A DNA stretch of 64,000 nucleotides from the human T2T-CHM13v2.0 reference genome, Homo sapiens. The position numbers and the translations under genes are program-made. Each line of letters starts with the position of its first letter. Positions within the stretch are counted from its first letter, which is position 1. The stretch is from assembly GCF_009914755.1 (NCBI RefSeq), contig NC_060935.1; one strand, 5' to 3'. Below the pieces are notes generated by a model. It did not search any database, had not been told where the DNA came from, and worked only from the letters and a program-made list of their open reading frames with translations. Positions 13,346 to 26,490 of this stretch are shown piece after piece.

Positions 13346-16105
13346 ATTCAAATCTGTAGATTCTGGCCGAAGTAAAATAATGGGGACCAGATGTACCCTC
13401 CTGTCTAAAATAAATTAAAACAACTATGCAAAATACATAAAACAACAGCTTTCAGACATTGGACATCAGGCAGTACAAAATAGTGATAGAGGGGAAACAA
13501 ACAAGGTGAGCTGTACAATTGTCCCAGCTTACTGTTTGGAGGCAGTTTCTAGCCACAACATCAGCATGGGGCCTAAGGCAGAGTACTGAGGACACCAAGA
13601 GTTGATAAAATAGACTTTACAGGACAGGATACCAGAAAAAAAGGGAGCTGCTTAGCGAAAAAGAGAGCTGCTTAGAGAGAGTGCTCCAGAGATTTATCTC
13701 CACTCTCTAAGTACTGATCAGATGTGCAAGTAAGGAAACTACCAACGACAGGGAAGCATTACCTAAAAGGAATATAAGAAACAGTCAGCGGAGCTCACAC
13801 AGGACTAGAAATAGTTTGTGTTACCACCAACTGGAGTAAAAACTTCTCATAGTTGGTATTCAAAAGAATTTTATCTTAGTGGCAAAATAATATTATTACC
13901 AGTAGGCTAAAGGCTCCTCTAATCCTGGTTAAAAGCAAACTTAATAAGAGAATTGTTTCCGAGTAATTTAACTGTACTTCACAATAAAGTTTAAATATAT
14001 ATATTATATATATATATATAAATATATATATGCAAAAAAATCAGCCATCAACCAAATAAAATATATAACTAGTAGCATCCAATAAAAAATTACCAGACAT
14101 TTAAAGAAGCAGAAAAATGATACTGATAATGAGATCAAACAACTGAAACCAACCCAGAAATAGTACACATGATGGAATTAGTAGAAAAGGTATTAAAGCA
14201 GTTAATGTAACAATATTCTGTGTGTTCCAGAAGGTAGAAGAAAGCATGAGAATGTCAAGGAGAGATTGAAGATACAAGAAAACACAAGGCAGACTTTTAG
14301 AGAGGAATAAAACAATGTCTGACAGTTAGAAAACACACATGCACTAGATGGGAATAACAGATAAATAGGTAGTGCAGAAGAAAAATGTAAACTCAAGACA
14401 CTGAAAGAAATACTGAAAATAACATGAACAGAACATCAGAGAGATATGGAACAATGTTGAGTGGCTGAATATTTGTGTCACTGGAGTACTTACAAAGGAG
14501 TTTGGCTGAAAAAACATTTGAAGAAATAACAGCTATTTTTCCCCCAATTTTTATGAAAACCATATACCATAGACCCAAGAAGAACAATAAGCCTCAAACC
14601 AATTAACTAGACAAAAAAATACACTAAGGTATATAATAATCAACTTGGTGGAAACCAGATAAAGAGATCATCTTAAAATGAGCAGGTGTGGGGAAGATTA
14701 CGTACAAATGAACACCAGCATGAATGATCTCAGAGTATCTTTAAAGCACTGAAAGAAAAAAAAAAACACCCTGTCAACCCAGAATTATATATCCAGTGAA
14801 AATCTTGCCACAGTGAAATAAAAATATTGATTTTTCAGCCTAAGAAGGGTGAAATAATTTGTCGATTGCAAAATTACTTTACAAGAAATACTAAAGAAAA
14901 TCTTGCAGACAAAAGGAAAACTAAACCAGAAGAAAATCTGCATCTATAGAAAGCAATGAAAAGCACTGGAAAAGGTATTCTGCTCTTTTTTTTTCTTTTT
15001 CTTAGTTTCAAAATCCTCTAAAAAACAACTTAGCAAATATAAAATAAATAACAAGTAAAGAAAATATACATTTTACTAGATAAAATGGTATATTACTTGA
15101 TAAAAGATTGTGATAACTTAAAGATGTATACTCTAAACTCCAAAGCAATAAATAACAAAAAAAAGAACTATAGCTAAGTCAACAGAAGAAATAAAATAAT
15201 AAAATATTCAATTAACCTAAAAGAAGGCAGAAAAAGAAGAAAAAGATTAAGAACAGATTAGACAGAGAAAACAAATAGCAAGTTAGTAGATTTAAGTCTA
15301 TTCATTTCAATAATCACATTAAATAATTAAATGCCAATTAAATGGCAAGAGATTACCAAAGTGGGTAAAAAAGAGAGATCAAACTATATTTTGTCTACAA
15401 TAAACCCACTTTAAATTTAAACACACAAATGTTTTAAAAGGATAGAAAAATTGTCATGTTAATCATATTAAAAAGATGTAGTGAAAGTGTAGTATATGTT
15501 AACATCATAAAAAGTTTATTTCTGAGTAAAGAACATCACCAGAAACAGAAAGACTTTTTGTAATAATAAAGGGGTCATTTCAGGAAAAAGACCTTAGAAT
15601 TGTAAATATTTATGCACACAACAGAGATTCAAAATACATGAAAACAAAAACAGGACTGCAAGGAGAAATAAACAAATCTACAATTATAGCCATCTATTTC
15701 AATACTCTTCTCTCCATAATTGATGAGGAGGAAGGAAAACAGCAGGATCTAGAAGATCAACCAACTATCAAGCAAACTGACCTGATTAACATTTATAGAC
15801 ACACTAACAATAACAGAATACACAATTTTTTAAGTGTGCATGGAACATTTTGTAGCCTCACCCATATTCTAAATTATACTACAAATCTCAAAAAAATTTA
15901 ACAAGGTTCAAGTCATACCACATATATTCTCTGATCACAATGGAATTACATTATCAATCAGTAACGTATATTTCTAAAAATTCCTCAAATATTTGGAAAC
16001 TAAATAATTCACTTCTAAATACTCCATAGGTCAAAGAGTAAATTGAGAGGGACACTGAAGAGAGAACTGAATGAAAATGAATACAACATAAAATATTTGT
16101 GGGAT

Positions 16106-18624
16106 ATTAGTTCATTATTGGTGTATATAGAAATGCTGATTTTTCTATGCTGATTTTGTATGTTGCAGTTTTGCCAAACATATTAATCAGATCCAAGAGC
16201 TTTTTGGTGGAGTCTTTAGGTTTTTCTAAATATAACATCATATCATCTGTAAAGAGAGACAGTTTGACTTCCTCTTTTCCAATTTGGATACCTTTTACTT
16301 CTTTCTCTTGCCTGATTGCTCTAGGTAAGACTTCTAGTAATACCTCATAAAAAAATAAAGATGGCTATTCCATTTACAATAGCTACCAAATAAAATAAAA
16401 TACAATACCTAAGAATTAATTTAAGTATGGAGGTGAAAGACTACAATTTTCCTTCTACAAGGAAAATTATAAAACACTAATGGAAGAATCGAAGAGGACA
16501 CACACAAATGAAAAGACATCATATGCTAATGATTTGGAATAATAATTTGGAATAATATTGTTAAAATAACCATACTATCCAAAACAATCTAAAGATTCAA
16601 TTCAATCTCTATCGACATACCAATTACACTCTACAGAAATAAAAAATGCAATCCTAAAATTAATATGGAACGAAACAAGAGCCCAAATAGCCAAAGCAAT
16701 CCTGAGCAAAAAGAACACAGCTGGGGGGCATCACACCAACCGACTTCAAAATATATTACAAGCGTATCACAATTGAAACAGCATGGTAAATTATATGGTT
16801 TGGCTCTGTGTCCCCACCCAAATCCCATCTGAAATTGTATTCCCCATGTGTCCAGGGAGGCAACTGGTGAGAGGTGATTGGATCATGGGGCAGTTTTCTT
16901 CATGCTGTTCTTAAGACAGTGAGTGAGTTCTCACAAGATTTGATGGCTTACAAGTGTTTGACAGCTCCCCCCAACCCCACCCCTCTCCTACTGCCTTGTG
17001 AAGAAGGTGCTTACTTTTCCTTCGCCTTCTGCCGTGATTGTAAGTTTACTGAGCCATGAGGAACTGTGAGTCAATTAAACCTCTTTTATTTAAAAATTAC
17101 CCAGTCTCAGGTAGGTCTTTATAGCAGTGTGAAAACAAACTAACACAGCATTGGTATAAAAACAAACAAATAGACCAATGGAACAGAATAGAGAACTGAG
17201 AAATCCACTTATTTATAACCAACCAATTTTTGAAAAAGGTGTTAAGAACACACATTGAGGAGAGTGTGTCCTTTTTAATAAAAAGTGCTGGGAAAACTGG
17301 ATCTCCATGTGCAAAAGAATGAAAGTAGACCCCTCTCCCTCACCACATATAAAAACGAACTCAAAATAGATTAAAGACTTAAACTTAAGACCTGAAACTA
17401 TAAAACAACTACAAGAAACATAGGAAAACGCTCCAGGACATTGATCTGGGTAAATATTTTATGGCTAAGACCTTAAAAGCACAGGCAACAAAATAAACAT
17501 AGACAAATGGGACTATATTAAAATCAAAAAGTTTCTGTACATCAAAGGAAACAATTGACAGAGTGAAGAGGCAAACTGTTGAATGGAAAAAAATCTGCCA
17601 ACTATGCATTCAATAATGAACTAATATGTGGAATACACAAGGAACTCAAAAAACTCAACAACACAAAAACAAATAATTCCATTCAAAAATGGGAGAAGGA
17701 CCTGATCAAAATAAAACAAACACATGGCCAAAAGGTTTATGAAAAAATGTTCAACACTGCTAATCATCAGGGAATGCAAATCAAAACCATGAGATACCAT
17801 TTCACCCCAGTTAGAATGGCTATTATCAAAAAGACAAAAAGCAGATGCTGGTGAGGATGCAGAGGAAAGGGAACTCTTACATATATATTGTTGGTGGGAA
17901 TGTAAATTAATGTACCCATTATGGAAAAGAGTATGGAGGTTTATCAAAAAGCTAAAAAATAGAACTACCATATGATTCATATGGCTATTTATCCAAAGGA
18001 AAGGAAATCAATATATTAAAGAAATAAATGTACTCCCATATTTATTGCAGTATTACTCACAATAACAAAAATATGGAACGAACTTAAGTATCCATCAATG
18101 GATGAATGGATTTTTAAAAATATGCTATAGTTATATAATTGAATACTATTCAGTCATAAAAAAATGAAATCCTGTCATTTTCAGCAACATGAATGCAACT
18201 GAAGGTCATTGTTGTAAGTGAAATAAGCCACAGATAGAAAGACAGTTATCACATGTACTTACTAATATGTGGGTGCTAAAAAATGCTGACCTCATGGAGG
18301 TAGAGAGTAGAATAATGGATACCAGGGACTTTGAAGGATGTGGGTGGAAGATGAAGAGAGGTTGGTTAATGGCACAAACATACAGTTAGATAGAAGAAAT
18401 AAGTTTTAATGTTCAATAGTAGAGTAGGATGACAATAGTTAATAACAGCGTATTATATGTTTCAAAAGAGTTAGAAGTGAGGCCTTGATATATTCTCAAC
18501 ACACTGAAATGATAAATGCATGAGGTGCTGGATATACTAAATACAATAATTTGATCATTACACATTCTATGCATATAACAGAATGTCTCATGTGCCCCAT
18601 AAATATGTGAAATATTATATATCA
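16106..18624 (+). mobile_element. L1MA-type 5'-truncated L1 with 5' inversion (16106-16343 inverted)
   Basis: antisense ORF2 block followed by the adjacent sense ORF2 (ccatttacaatagcta; [15 protein letters not shown]) and L1MA-like 3' UTR; degenerate TSD aaatatttgtgggat (16091-16105) / aagaatgtgtggaat (18625-18639). Confidence 0.85.
16791..17147 (+). mobile_element. MaLR solo LTR (THE1D-like) inserted in L1MA ORF2
   Basis: atatggtttggctctgtgtccccacccaaatc...ggaactgtgagtcaattaaacctc...ctaacaca; L1 sequence resumes on both sides. Confidence 0.9.
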
Positions 18625-19440
18625 AAGAATGTGTGGAATGCAGCTAAAGCAGCACTTACAGGAAAATTTATAAGCAGAAAAGTAAAGATCTCAAACTAAT
18701 GACTTCAGCTTCCTCCATAGCATACAAACCCATTCATAATTTGACCTTGCCTAGTTTTATGTTGTCCAGGCTGATCTCAACTTTGCAAAGTTTTATAATA
18801 ACATCTCTCTTCACTAGCTACTGACCAGTATCAGCACTGGTAGTAGTTGTAACAGCAATAGTAGTAACAGCTACTGCTAATTTATTGAGCATTTACTATA
18901 TGCCAGAAGTGTTCTATACATCACCTCATTTAATCTTCTGGTAGATAGATATTATATGTATCGTCTAATTTATTCCTTACTACAGTTCTATGAGGCATTA
19001 TTACTATTATTATTAATATTTTCATTTTAATAAGGAGGATGCTTATTTAATAAGGTTAAGGAAATTGCTTAAGGTCACATAATTATCCTGCCAAAGATTA
19101 TTGAACATTTACCATGTGCAAGACTCTGTTCCAATTACACAGCTAGTGAGTAGCAGATTCAAGACTCAACCTCTGTGGTTTCAAAGCCTATTCTCTTAGG
19201 CATCTTGCTTTCCTGCATTTGTATACTCCAAATGCAGGAAATGATGCTTTGCGAACTTTCCCTTCCAACTCCAGGGTTTCAGTCCAGCGTCTGGAACATT
19301 GATGGATGTAGAAATTGAGAAAAGAACATTCACAATTCATTGAATTACTGTTCTGTATCAGATCTTATGGTTGCCTTGAACATTTACCATGTGTTATCAC
19401 CTTTATTCTTCCTTAAAACTGTGCAACCTTAATATTAGTA

Positions 19441-19564
19441 TTTTTAAAGACACAGGTTCTTGCTGTGTTGCCCAAGCTAGCCTGGAACTCCTGGCCTCAA
19501 ACAATCCTACTGCCTATACCTCCTGAGTAGCAAGAACCACAGGTACACACCAGCACATCTGGCT
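19441..19564 (-). mobile_element. FLAM / Alu monomer
   Basis: single Alu arm: tcttgctgtgttgcccaagctagcctggaactcctggcctcaa...cctcctgagtagc. Confidence 0.8.
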
Positions 19565-19569
19565 GTATA

Positions 19570-21570
19570 ATCTGCATTCCAACTTCCAAATATAGTTGAT
19601 TCTTTCCCCTTTTTACATCTCCTTTACTAGCACTGGAGCCTAAGACACCATCATTTCTTGTCTAAACTACTGTCTTAGCTTCTTAGTTGTTTTCCCAACT
19701 TTCACTATTGCCTCCTCACAATTTGTTTTCCACACAGAAGCAGTCATAATCATTCAAATAATATTTTAAGAAATATACATAGGACTGTGCCTTCTGTGTT
19801 TAAAAATCATCTAGTGTACTTAGCTTAAAAGGAAAACTAACTTCTTATTGTGGCCTACAAAGATCAGCATGATCTGGTCCCTGTTCGTCTTGTCAGCCCC
19901 GTCTCTTTCCACTCTGATCCTGGCTAAAAACAACCTAGCCACATCGGGGTTTTAGTTCTTGGAATATACCAGTCTCTTCCCCATCTATAGCATTCATACA
20001 TGCTGTTCCTTCTGCCTGGGGTACATTCTTTCACTCTCACCTGGATAATGCTATTCATAATTCATTTCCTTCCTTGTATGTTATACCCTGTTAGAGATCT
20101 CTTCTGACCCCATTCCAATATCACTTTGCCTAATTAATCCCTCTCACCTCTCACAACTTCCTGTTCTTTTCATTTGGCACTGAGGTTCAGTAGAGATCTA
20201 GATCTTATACAAATTAATAACTCTCTATCTTTATCTCACTCTATTTTGCAACAGCATTTACACACATGATTGTCCATTTTTTCCATTTTTGAAAGAATTT
20301 CTTCTGTTGGCTTCTATAACATCACATTCTTCTGTTTGTCATCCTCTCTCACAGACTATTGCTTCTCATTTTCCCATGCTAGACCCTTCTTCTCTGCCAG
20401 AATTTTGAATGTTAGCAGGCTTTGGGCTCAATCCTAGATGGTGTTATTTTCTCTATCTTACCTTTCTCTCAGATCTCGTGTTTATGCATGGCTTTAAATC
20501 CCAATAATACACTGATTTACCCATGCTTACTAAATATCTCTACTTGGATGTCGGACAGAACTCTCAGAGAACATGACTGAAACAGATTCTTCATGCCCTC
20601 AAAACACATAAAACAGATTCCCCAAGCCTTGCCCATCTGAGTAAACTGCTCCACCATTCATTCAGCTGCTCTGACAAAAATATTTAGAAGTAATTCTTGA
20701 TTGCTCTTTTTTCCTCAGACTTAATTTTTAACCCTAAGTTCTGTTGGCTCAAATTCCAAAATAAATAAAATAAATAAATAAATAAAACAAAAGCAAACAA
20801 AACCCAAACTGAAATGTGATTTTTCCCCCACCATCTCCAATACTAGTTTAAGAGACACCAGCATGCCTCATTGGACTCTATCATTAGCCTGCTGACTGCT
20901 CTTCTCTACCCACCTTCCCATCAATGATCCTCCATAACAGCAGCTAGGGGGAAGGAACATTAATCATTATTAAGCAGATCACATTACTTTTGTAAAATTC
21001 TGTAATATCTCCCCATTGCAACCAGAATGAAATCTTACCTCTTTACTATGGTGGTCTTCACAGCCCTATGTCTGGACCTGCCTGAATCTCCATTCTCACC
21101 TCTACTCACTTTCTCTTTATGGGTACAGTAGGTCCAGACATAGGACCTGCCTACATCTCCAATTATTCACTATGTTCCTGCCACAGTGGCTTTTTCTGCT
21201 CCAAGAGCATACCAATATTATTCCTATTTCAGGGCTTTTGATCTTGTACCTTCCACTTGGAGTGCTTTCCTCTAAGATGTTTATATAGCTGACTTCTCTC
21301 TATAAAGGTTTCAAATGTCATCTCCTCTGAAAATCCTTTTCTTCCCTCCTTGAGCTAAACAGTTCTTCCACCACGATCCTCCAATATTGTTTCCATCATA
21401 GCGTTTCTCAAAATCTGAGATTATAGCATTTTTCATTTATCTATTTGCTTATTGTTTCTTCCCCCAAGTTGGAAGTTTCTTGAAGTTGTGGCTTCTCACA
21501 GTTGCTTTGTTGCCTTACAGCTTAGAAAAGTACCTGGTTCATAATAGTTAAATATTTGTTGACTGACTGC
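19570..21570 (+). mobile_element. L2 LINE relics (at least two pieces) ending in an L2 tail
   Basis: caccatcatttcttgtctaaactactg, atatctctacttggatgtc, tail cctggttcataatagttaaatatttgttgactgactg. Confidence 0.75.
20758..20786. repeat. (AAAT)n-like microsatellite
   Basis: aaaataaataaaataaataaataaataaa. Confidence 0.85.
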
Positions 21571-21994
21571 CTAGATTGTCTTTGCTGAAATTATTTGTCT
21601 GGGCAGACTTCAATGACTTTTAATTGGACACCAAAGATTTGAGAAGTATTTTTTTCATGCCAATGTACTTGCTTTTTCAAAACTGACATGAGCAACTGAA
21701 TCCCAATTAAGGCAAAGAGTCTTGCCTCAGGCAAGAAATGCAATGGCTTACCCAAAATACACATTGGTATTTTCCCAAGATGGAAAGCCCCTTCAAAATC
21801 TCAGAGGTTCCCCCAGTGAGAGTGAAGAATCATCACCAGGAGAAGAGAAAGTTGTGAGGACCAATTTTGGATCAGGAAATGAGACCAGCTTAGGTTGTCA
21901 CTGACTAGTTTTACCAAATCATCAATTGTTTCAGAAACCAAAGCATGATTGCAACATCTTTGTGATGAAGTTGGGGTTTTAGAAGTTAACTTGA

Positions 21995-22620
21995 AATTTA
22001 ACTAACAGCAGGCTTAGTATTTGGGTACTTTTAATGTGCTGGATCCTGTGTAAGGCTCTGGGAATACAGAGAGACAAAGACAGGGATAGATATGTACAAT
22101 TCATCAATCCCAGTGCAGCATAATAAGCACTGCAGCAAAAAAGTGTACAGAGAGCTGTGCAAATAGAGAAGAGCAAGTGCCTCACTGCTGAGGAGTCAGG
22201 AAAGATCTACAGAGGAAGTGATGTGAGATCTACAGAGGAAGTGATGTCAAGCAAAGTGTTCACTTGGCAGATCAGATGGGAAGAACGTTTCATGTAAGGC
22301 CTAGTGACAAGACAGAGCACGTTTCTTTCAGGAAATAGCAAGCATTTTAGAGGTGCTAGATGGTTGGATCCTTGGGGAAGAGTGTAGAAGATGAGGCACA
22401 CTAGACCAACTCACAGACTTTGAATAGGCTAAGGGGTGTGATTTTGATCTTGAAGAAATAATAAGGTGTGTTAGAATAATTTTGAAGCTAGGACAGACAG
22501 AAGGTGATGAGCTACAGAGATTTAAAGTTAGGCTTCCTAAATTTAGAGATAGAGTGATGGCTCCTTCATTCTTTTCTTTATCATAAAAATGCTTGGGTAG
22601 ATGTAATGAAATAAAGTTAA
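21995..22620 (-). mobile_element. L2 fragment containing a 23-bp-period duplication at 22203-22247
   Basis: antisense L2 tail and body; agatctacagaggaagtgatgt occurs twice. Confidence 0.7.
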
Positions 22621-22794
22621 GGAATATTACCAAGGTAGGATTGGGGAAATTACGCAGTAGAAGAGGCTGGTACTTGTGCTATGTTTGAGGTGTTAGAAGA
22701 AGGACTCTATGAGTCACTACTCTGTACATACACAAACATACATGCACACATGCACACATGCATGTGTGCACACATGGTCCCTTTCTTTCTACAC

Positions 22795-23085
22795 ATTCAT
22801 AGCAACTTTATTTGAAATAGCCCCAAATTGGAAACAATTCAAATGTCCATAAACACGTGCACGGACAAACCCTGGCACAAATCTATACAATGCAATACCA
22901 CTCACCAACAAAAGGGAATGAAAGGCTGATACACAGAAGAACAAGAATAAATATCAAAACAACTAGACTGAGAGAAAGAAGCCAGACACAAAATAGAAGA
23001 CATGCTATACAACGACATCTGTATAAATTTTTATAAAATGCAAACTATTCTGCAGTGAATCAAAGCATATCTGTAGCTGCCTAGG
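22795..23085 (+). mobile_element. Old L1M 3' UTR fragment
   Basis: ttcatagcaactttatttgaaatagccccaaattggaaacaattcaaatgtccat; gaaagaagccagacacaaaa. Confidence 0.8.
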
Positions 23086-23334
23086 AATAAGGCCTTATTT
23101 TTAACCTTGTAAGACCTGCAGGGAATAGATCCCATTATTGTTCTCATTTTACAGGTAAAGTGATGGAGTCTGCTACGGTACACTGAAATCTGTAAGTCCT
23201 TCTCTAATATCAGACATTAATGTTGTTTTAAGCCTTAATATGATATTGCTATTTTAAAGACTTATCATTAAAATTTTTATTGTCAACTAAGCAATAATAG
23301 CAAGATTTCTGTGGGTTTCTGTTGTCTATGTCTG

Positions 23335-23625
23335 TAATACTTCAATCTGCTAGCATATAAAAATCTCCTAGAAAATGTATACAAAAACAGATTCTTATTT
23401 CTCATCCTAGACGTGTAGTTCTCAGGTGTTAGAGTATATTAGAGTCATCTGGGGAACTTGGTAAACATACAGAGGTGAGGTCTCTGTATTTTTTATTAAT
23501 GCTCCAGGTGATTCTGATAAATACTGAACTTTGAGAATCACTGTTCAAATAAATTAGAGTCTCCTGGGCTGATGCCTGATATTTATATTTTTAAAAGGCC
23601 TATCAGATGGTTCTGTAACCAATCC
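23335..23625. mobile_element. MER5-family elements (a short copy at about 23413-23543 apparently nested in another)
   Basis: gtagttctca...agagtcatctggggaacttggtaaacatacaga...ctccaggtgattctgat...tttgagaatcactg. Confidence 0.65.
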
Positions 23626-24074
23626 ATGGAAGAAATTTTGGTTACAAGTTGAAATACAAATTCATCATTACTTTGTACAGAATCCTTCCAAAATCTGCCC
23701 CCCAACTTTCTTTCCAGTCTGATCTGTCACTCTCTTTCAAACAACATCCATTCCTGCCAGCCTGAACTTCTCATGGTCTTTCTTCATGATGGCAGCCAAT
23801 GGAATGTCCACCATGGACTATGTATTGTCTCACAATGGCAGTCCTTTGCATACCCTTTATCAAAAACTCATCCCCTTTCTTTTTTTAGATACTTGTGTTT
23901 ACAGGTAGAACGCCGCTGGAACATATTTCCCTCATCAAAGCCTTCTCTGACATCACAGGACCCTTCTTCTATGTTCCTTTGGCATTTTAAGATCCCCATT
24001 TATCACTTGAAATTGCACTTTTTCTGTTTACATGCTTCTCTCATGCTTCACTGTCAGCATCTTAAGGCAGGATA

Positions 24075-24328
24075 TCCAATGAAAATAGCACAGACATCTG
24101 AGTCAGATGGATGTGGGTAGGTATCCAGCTATGATATTTAGTGGCTGTGTAAACCTGGTCAAGATATGTAACTTCTCTAAAACTCAGCTTTCTTATTTTT
24201 GAAATTGAGCTAATAATTGGATTTCTTTCATAGAGTTCCTATGAAGATTGACTAGATAGCAATTGGAAAGCATCTTCCACAGCTCCTGATACATAGTAAG
24301 CATTTAATATAGAGTAGCCATTATTAAT
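24075..24328 (+). mobile_element. Near full-length MIR inserted in an L2 relic (about 23670-24420)
   Basis: ctgagtcagatggatgtgggt...ctcagctttcttatttttgaaattg...cctgatacatagtaagcatttaata. Confidence 0.75.
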
Positions 24329-25814
24329 GTTAGCACATAGGTATAGGACAATGTCTTGGTCTTATTCAATTTATATTTCTAGCACATGGCAGGTACAAAC
24401 AGATCTGCTGAATGGACTCATCTTTCATATATCTTGACTATCACAAAGGTTTCTCTTTGAGGGAAGATCATTAGAGACAAAGTTTACTAAACTACACACC
24501 ACATCCCTGACAAAAAAAAAAAAAAAAGTCCTGATGGATGCAGCGTCTATATCACACAGTCCAAATGTACAAACACTGGGCCTTGTTCAAGGCTTGCAAC
24601 ACACCAAATTGTAATGATTTGGGTTTACAAAGCTTGTAGCTCAAGCATGGCTTGCACACTCATACAGATCATGACCTTCTCCAGAAATGTCCTGGAGGAA
24701 GCCATTCTTGGCTTTGGAAGTTTGTGGTCATGGCAACAACCCTCATACTCCAACACTCCCTTCCAGGGAAACCAGGGCAGGAAGGCCTTTCATGAACAAA
24801 CACACACAGAAATTGGGGTGAGGGAGACTGCACACAATGTGGCTGGTTGTGTTATGGATAAAGCCAAGGCTAATGACCAGAAATCTCCAGCAGTCTGTAC
24901 AGAGAAAAGAGCAAGTGTTCTAGGTGAGCGGGAGGAGGAAAGGAGCAAGGGTGCTACTTTTCTGGTCTCTATTTATCTTTGGGGCCTGCCAAAGTAGCAG
25001 TGAGCACAAGAAATAAAATGCAACAATTATCTCTCCAGGAATTCTGATTTCTTTTGGAGTTTTATTGCCAAATGGCTGACACTCTGAATTTATGCACAAA
25101 TGACTCATATATATTAAGTATTAGGAGCAGAAGGAGGTAAAGTAACACAGTCTTAACTGAGGTCCTCTGATGATCAGTTTTCCTTCTGTGCCAATTCAGC
25201 CTCCACAAAGTCACTGGCAAAGTACTTCTAAAGCACTAATCAGATGAGTTCACTCTTGACCAAAGACCTTTATTAGCAACCCACTACTTGCAGGATAACA
25301 TCCAAATTCCCTAAAAGAGAGCATGAGTCCCTTCATGTCTGGCCCCACAAGCTTCTACTGCCTGATGTTATCCTACATTTTAGTCTTAGGAAATTATTTG
25401 CTCTTCCCAGAACAAAGAATCTTGTTTACTACAGCTCCATGCTTCTGCAAATGCTTTCTTTTTTAAAGAATGCCCACCTTACTTGATCTGCTTAGCCAAC
25501 TCCTATTCATTCATTAAAAACCTGTGTTAGGCTTTATATGATCACCGACCTTCTTCTTAATGTTTCCTCCATGAGTTGACTGTTTGTTTTTACACTATCC
25601 CCAACACATGCCTTCATGCTAATACTGTAATGTACTTAGCTATTGATATCTTGTTCCCTGTACTGGGTGGGGAACTCCTTGAGGGCAGAGTCTGGTATTG
25701 GAGGGAATACTTTGACACTTCTTCTCACTTCTACCTCCACAGGGCACCATTGCCCTGGAGTATCACTGCGTCTCCTGGTCATGTATGTAGGCTGACAGAG
25801 AAAGATAGAAGGCC

Positions 25815-25998
25815 ACTAACATTTTAAGTTAGGCAATGAGAACAGTATTATAGAAAGTATTATAGAAATGCCTAACTAACATTTTAAGTTAGGCAATGAG
25901 AAGAGTATTATAGAAAGTATTATAGAAAGAGTATTATAGAAAGTAATATAGAAAGTATTATAGAAAGTAAAGAGTATTATAGAAAGAGTATTATAGAA
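25815..25998. repeat. 60-bp-period duplication plus 12-bp minisatellite (AGTATTATAGAA, 9 copies)
   Basis: 25815-25868 is repeated at 25875-25928, then further units with AG spacers follow. Confidence 0.95.
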
Positions 25999-26274
25999 GG
26001 TTCCTGTGTGCCAGACTTCGTGGTGGGAACATGAAGCTAAATTAAACAGAGGCTTTCTCCATACATTTTTACTTCTGAAAGAACATATATCATATTTAAT
26101 AAATTGTGAGAATTTCTTTCAACGGATATGTTATTTCAACCGATTAAACAAACACCCTTAGAAGTTAGGTCCAATTGTTATCCAGTTTTAGAAGTGAGAA
26201 TAATGGTTTTCTAGGATTTTACACCTTATGAGAGATCTGGAATTGGAACCAAGTTACAACACGAAGAATAATCT

Positions 26275-26490
26275 TTAATCTACTATTTATTAAGCATCTG
26301 CTGTTTTCCAGGAATTGTGCTAAGTTTTATACATATATTATCACTAATTTGTAATAAGCCATCATGATAATTGGGATTACCTCTACTTTACAGATAAGAA
26401 GTCTGTGGCTCAGAGAGACAAAGAGTTTTTTTTAAAAACACACAGCAAACAAGAAGCGGAATCAGGATTTGACTCTGTATCCAACTGACA
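26275..26490 (-). mobile_element. MIR SINE
   Basis: atttattaagcatctgctgttttccagg...ctctactttacagataagaagtctgtggctcagagag. Confidence 0.75.

Larger units (their letters stand above)
13355..18715 (+). mobile_element. Old L1 (L1MC/L1MD-type): 5' UTR, ORF1 relic and ORF2 endonuclease relic, interrupted at 16106-18624
   Basis: 5' end ttctggcc...gggaccagatgtaccctcctg and agacattggacatcaggca; ORF1 relic ctgtcaacccagaattatatatccagtgaaaat; EN relic ORF 15638-15901 (GEINKSTII, DLINIYR); continues gcagctaaagcagcacttacaggaaaattt after 18640. Confidence 0.8.

Noticed and set aside
23140-23160. Plus-strand AG/GT recursive-splice-like motifs (ttttacag/gtaaag; also near 32668)
   Set aside because: They lie within MIR or MLT1 repeat relics and on the strand opposite the inferred host.
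25815-25998. Repeat array as a CRISPR-like locus
   Set aside because: Units are 12 bp with no unique spacers, there are no cas genes, and the DNA is primate.
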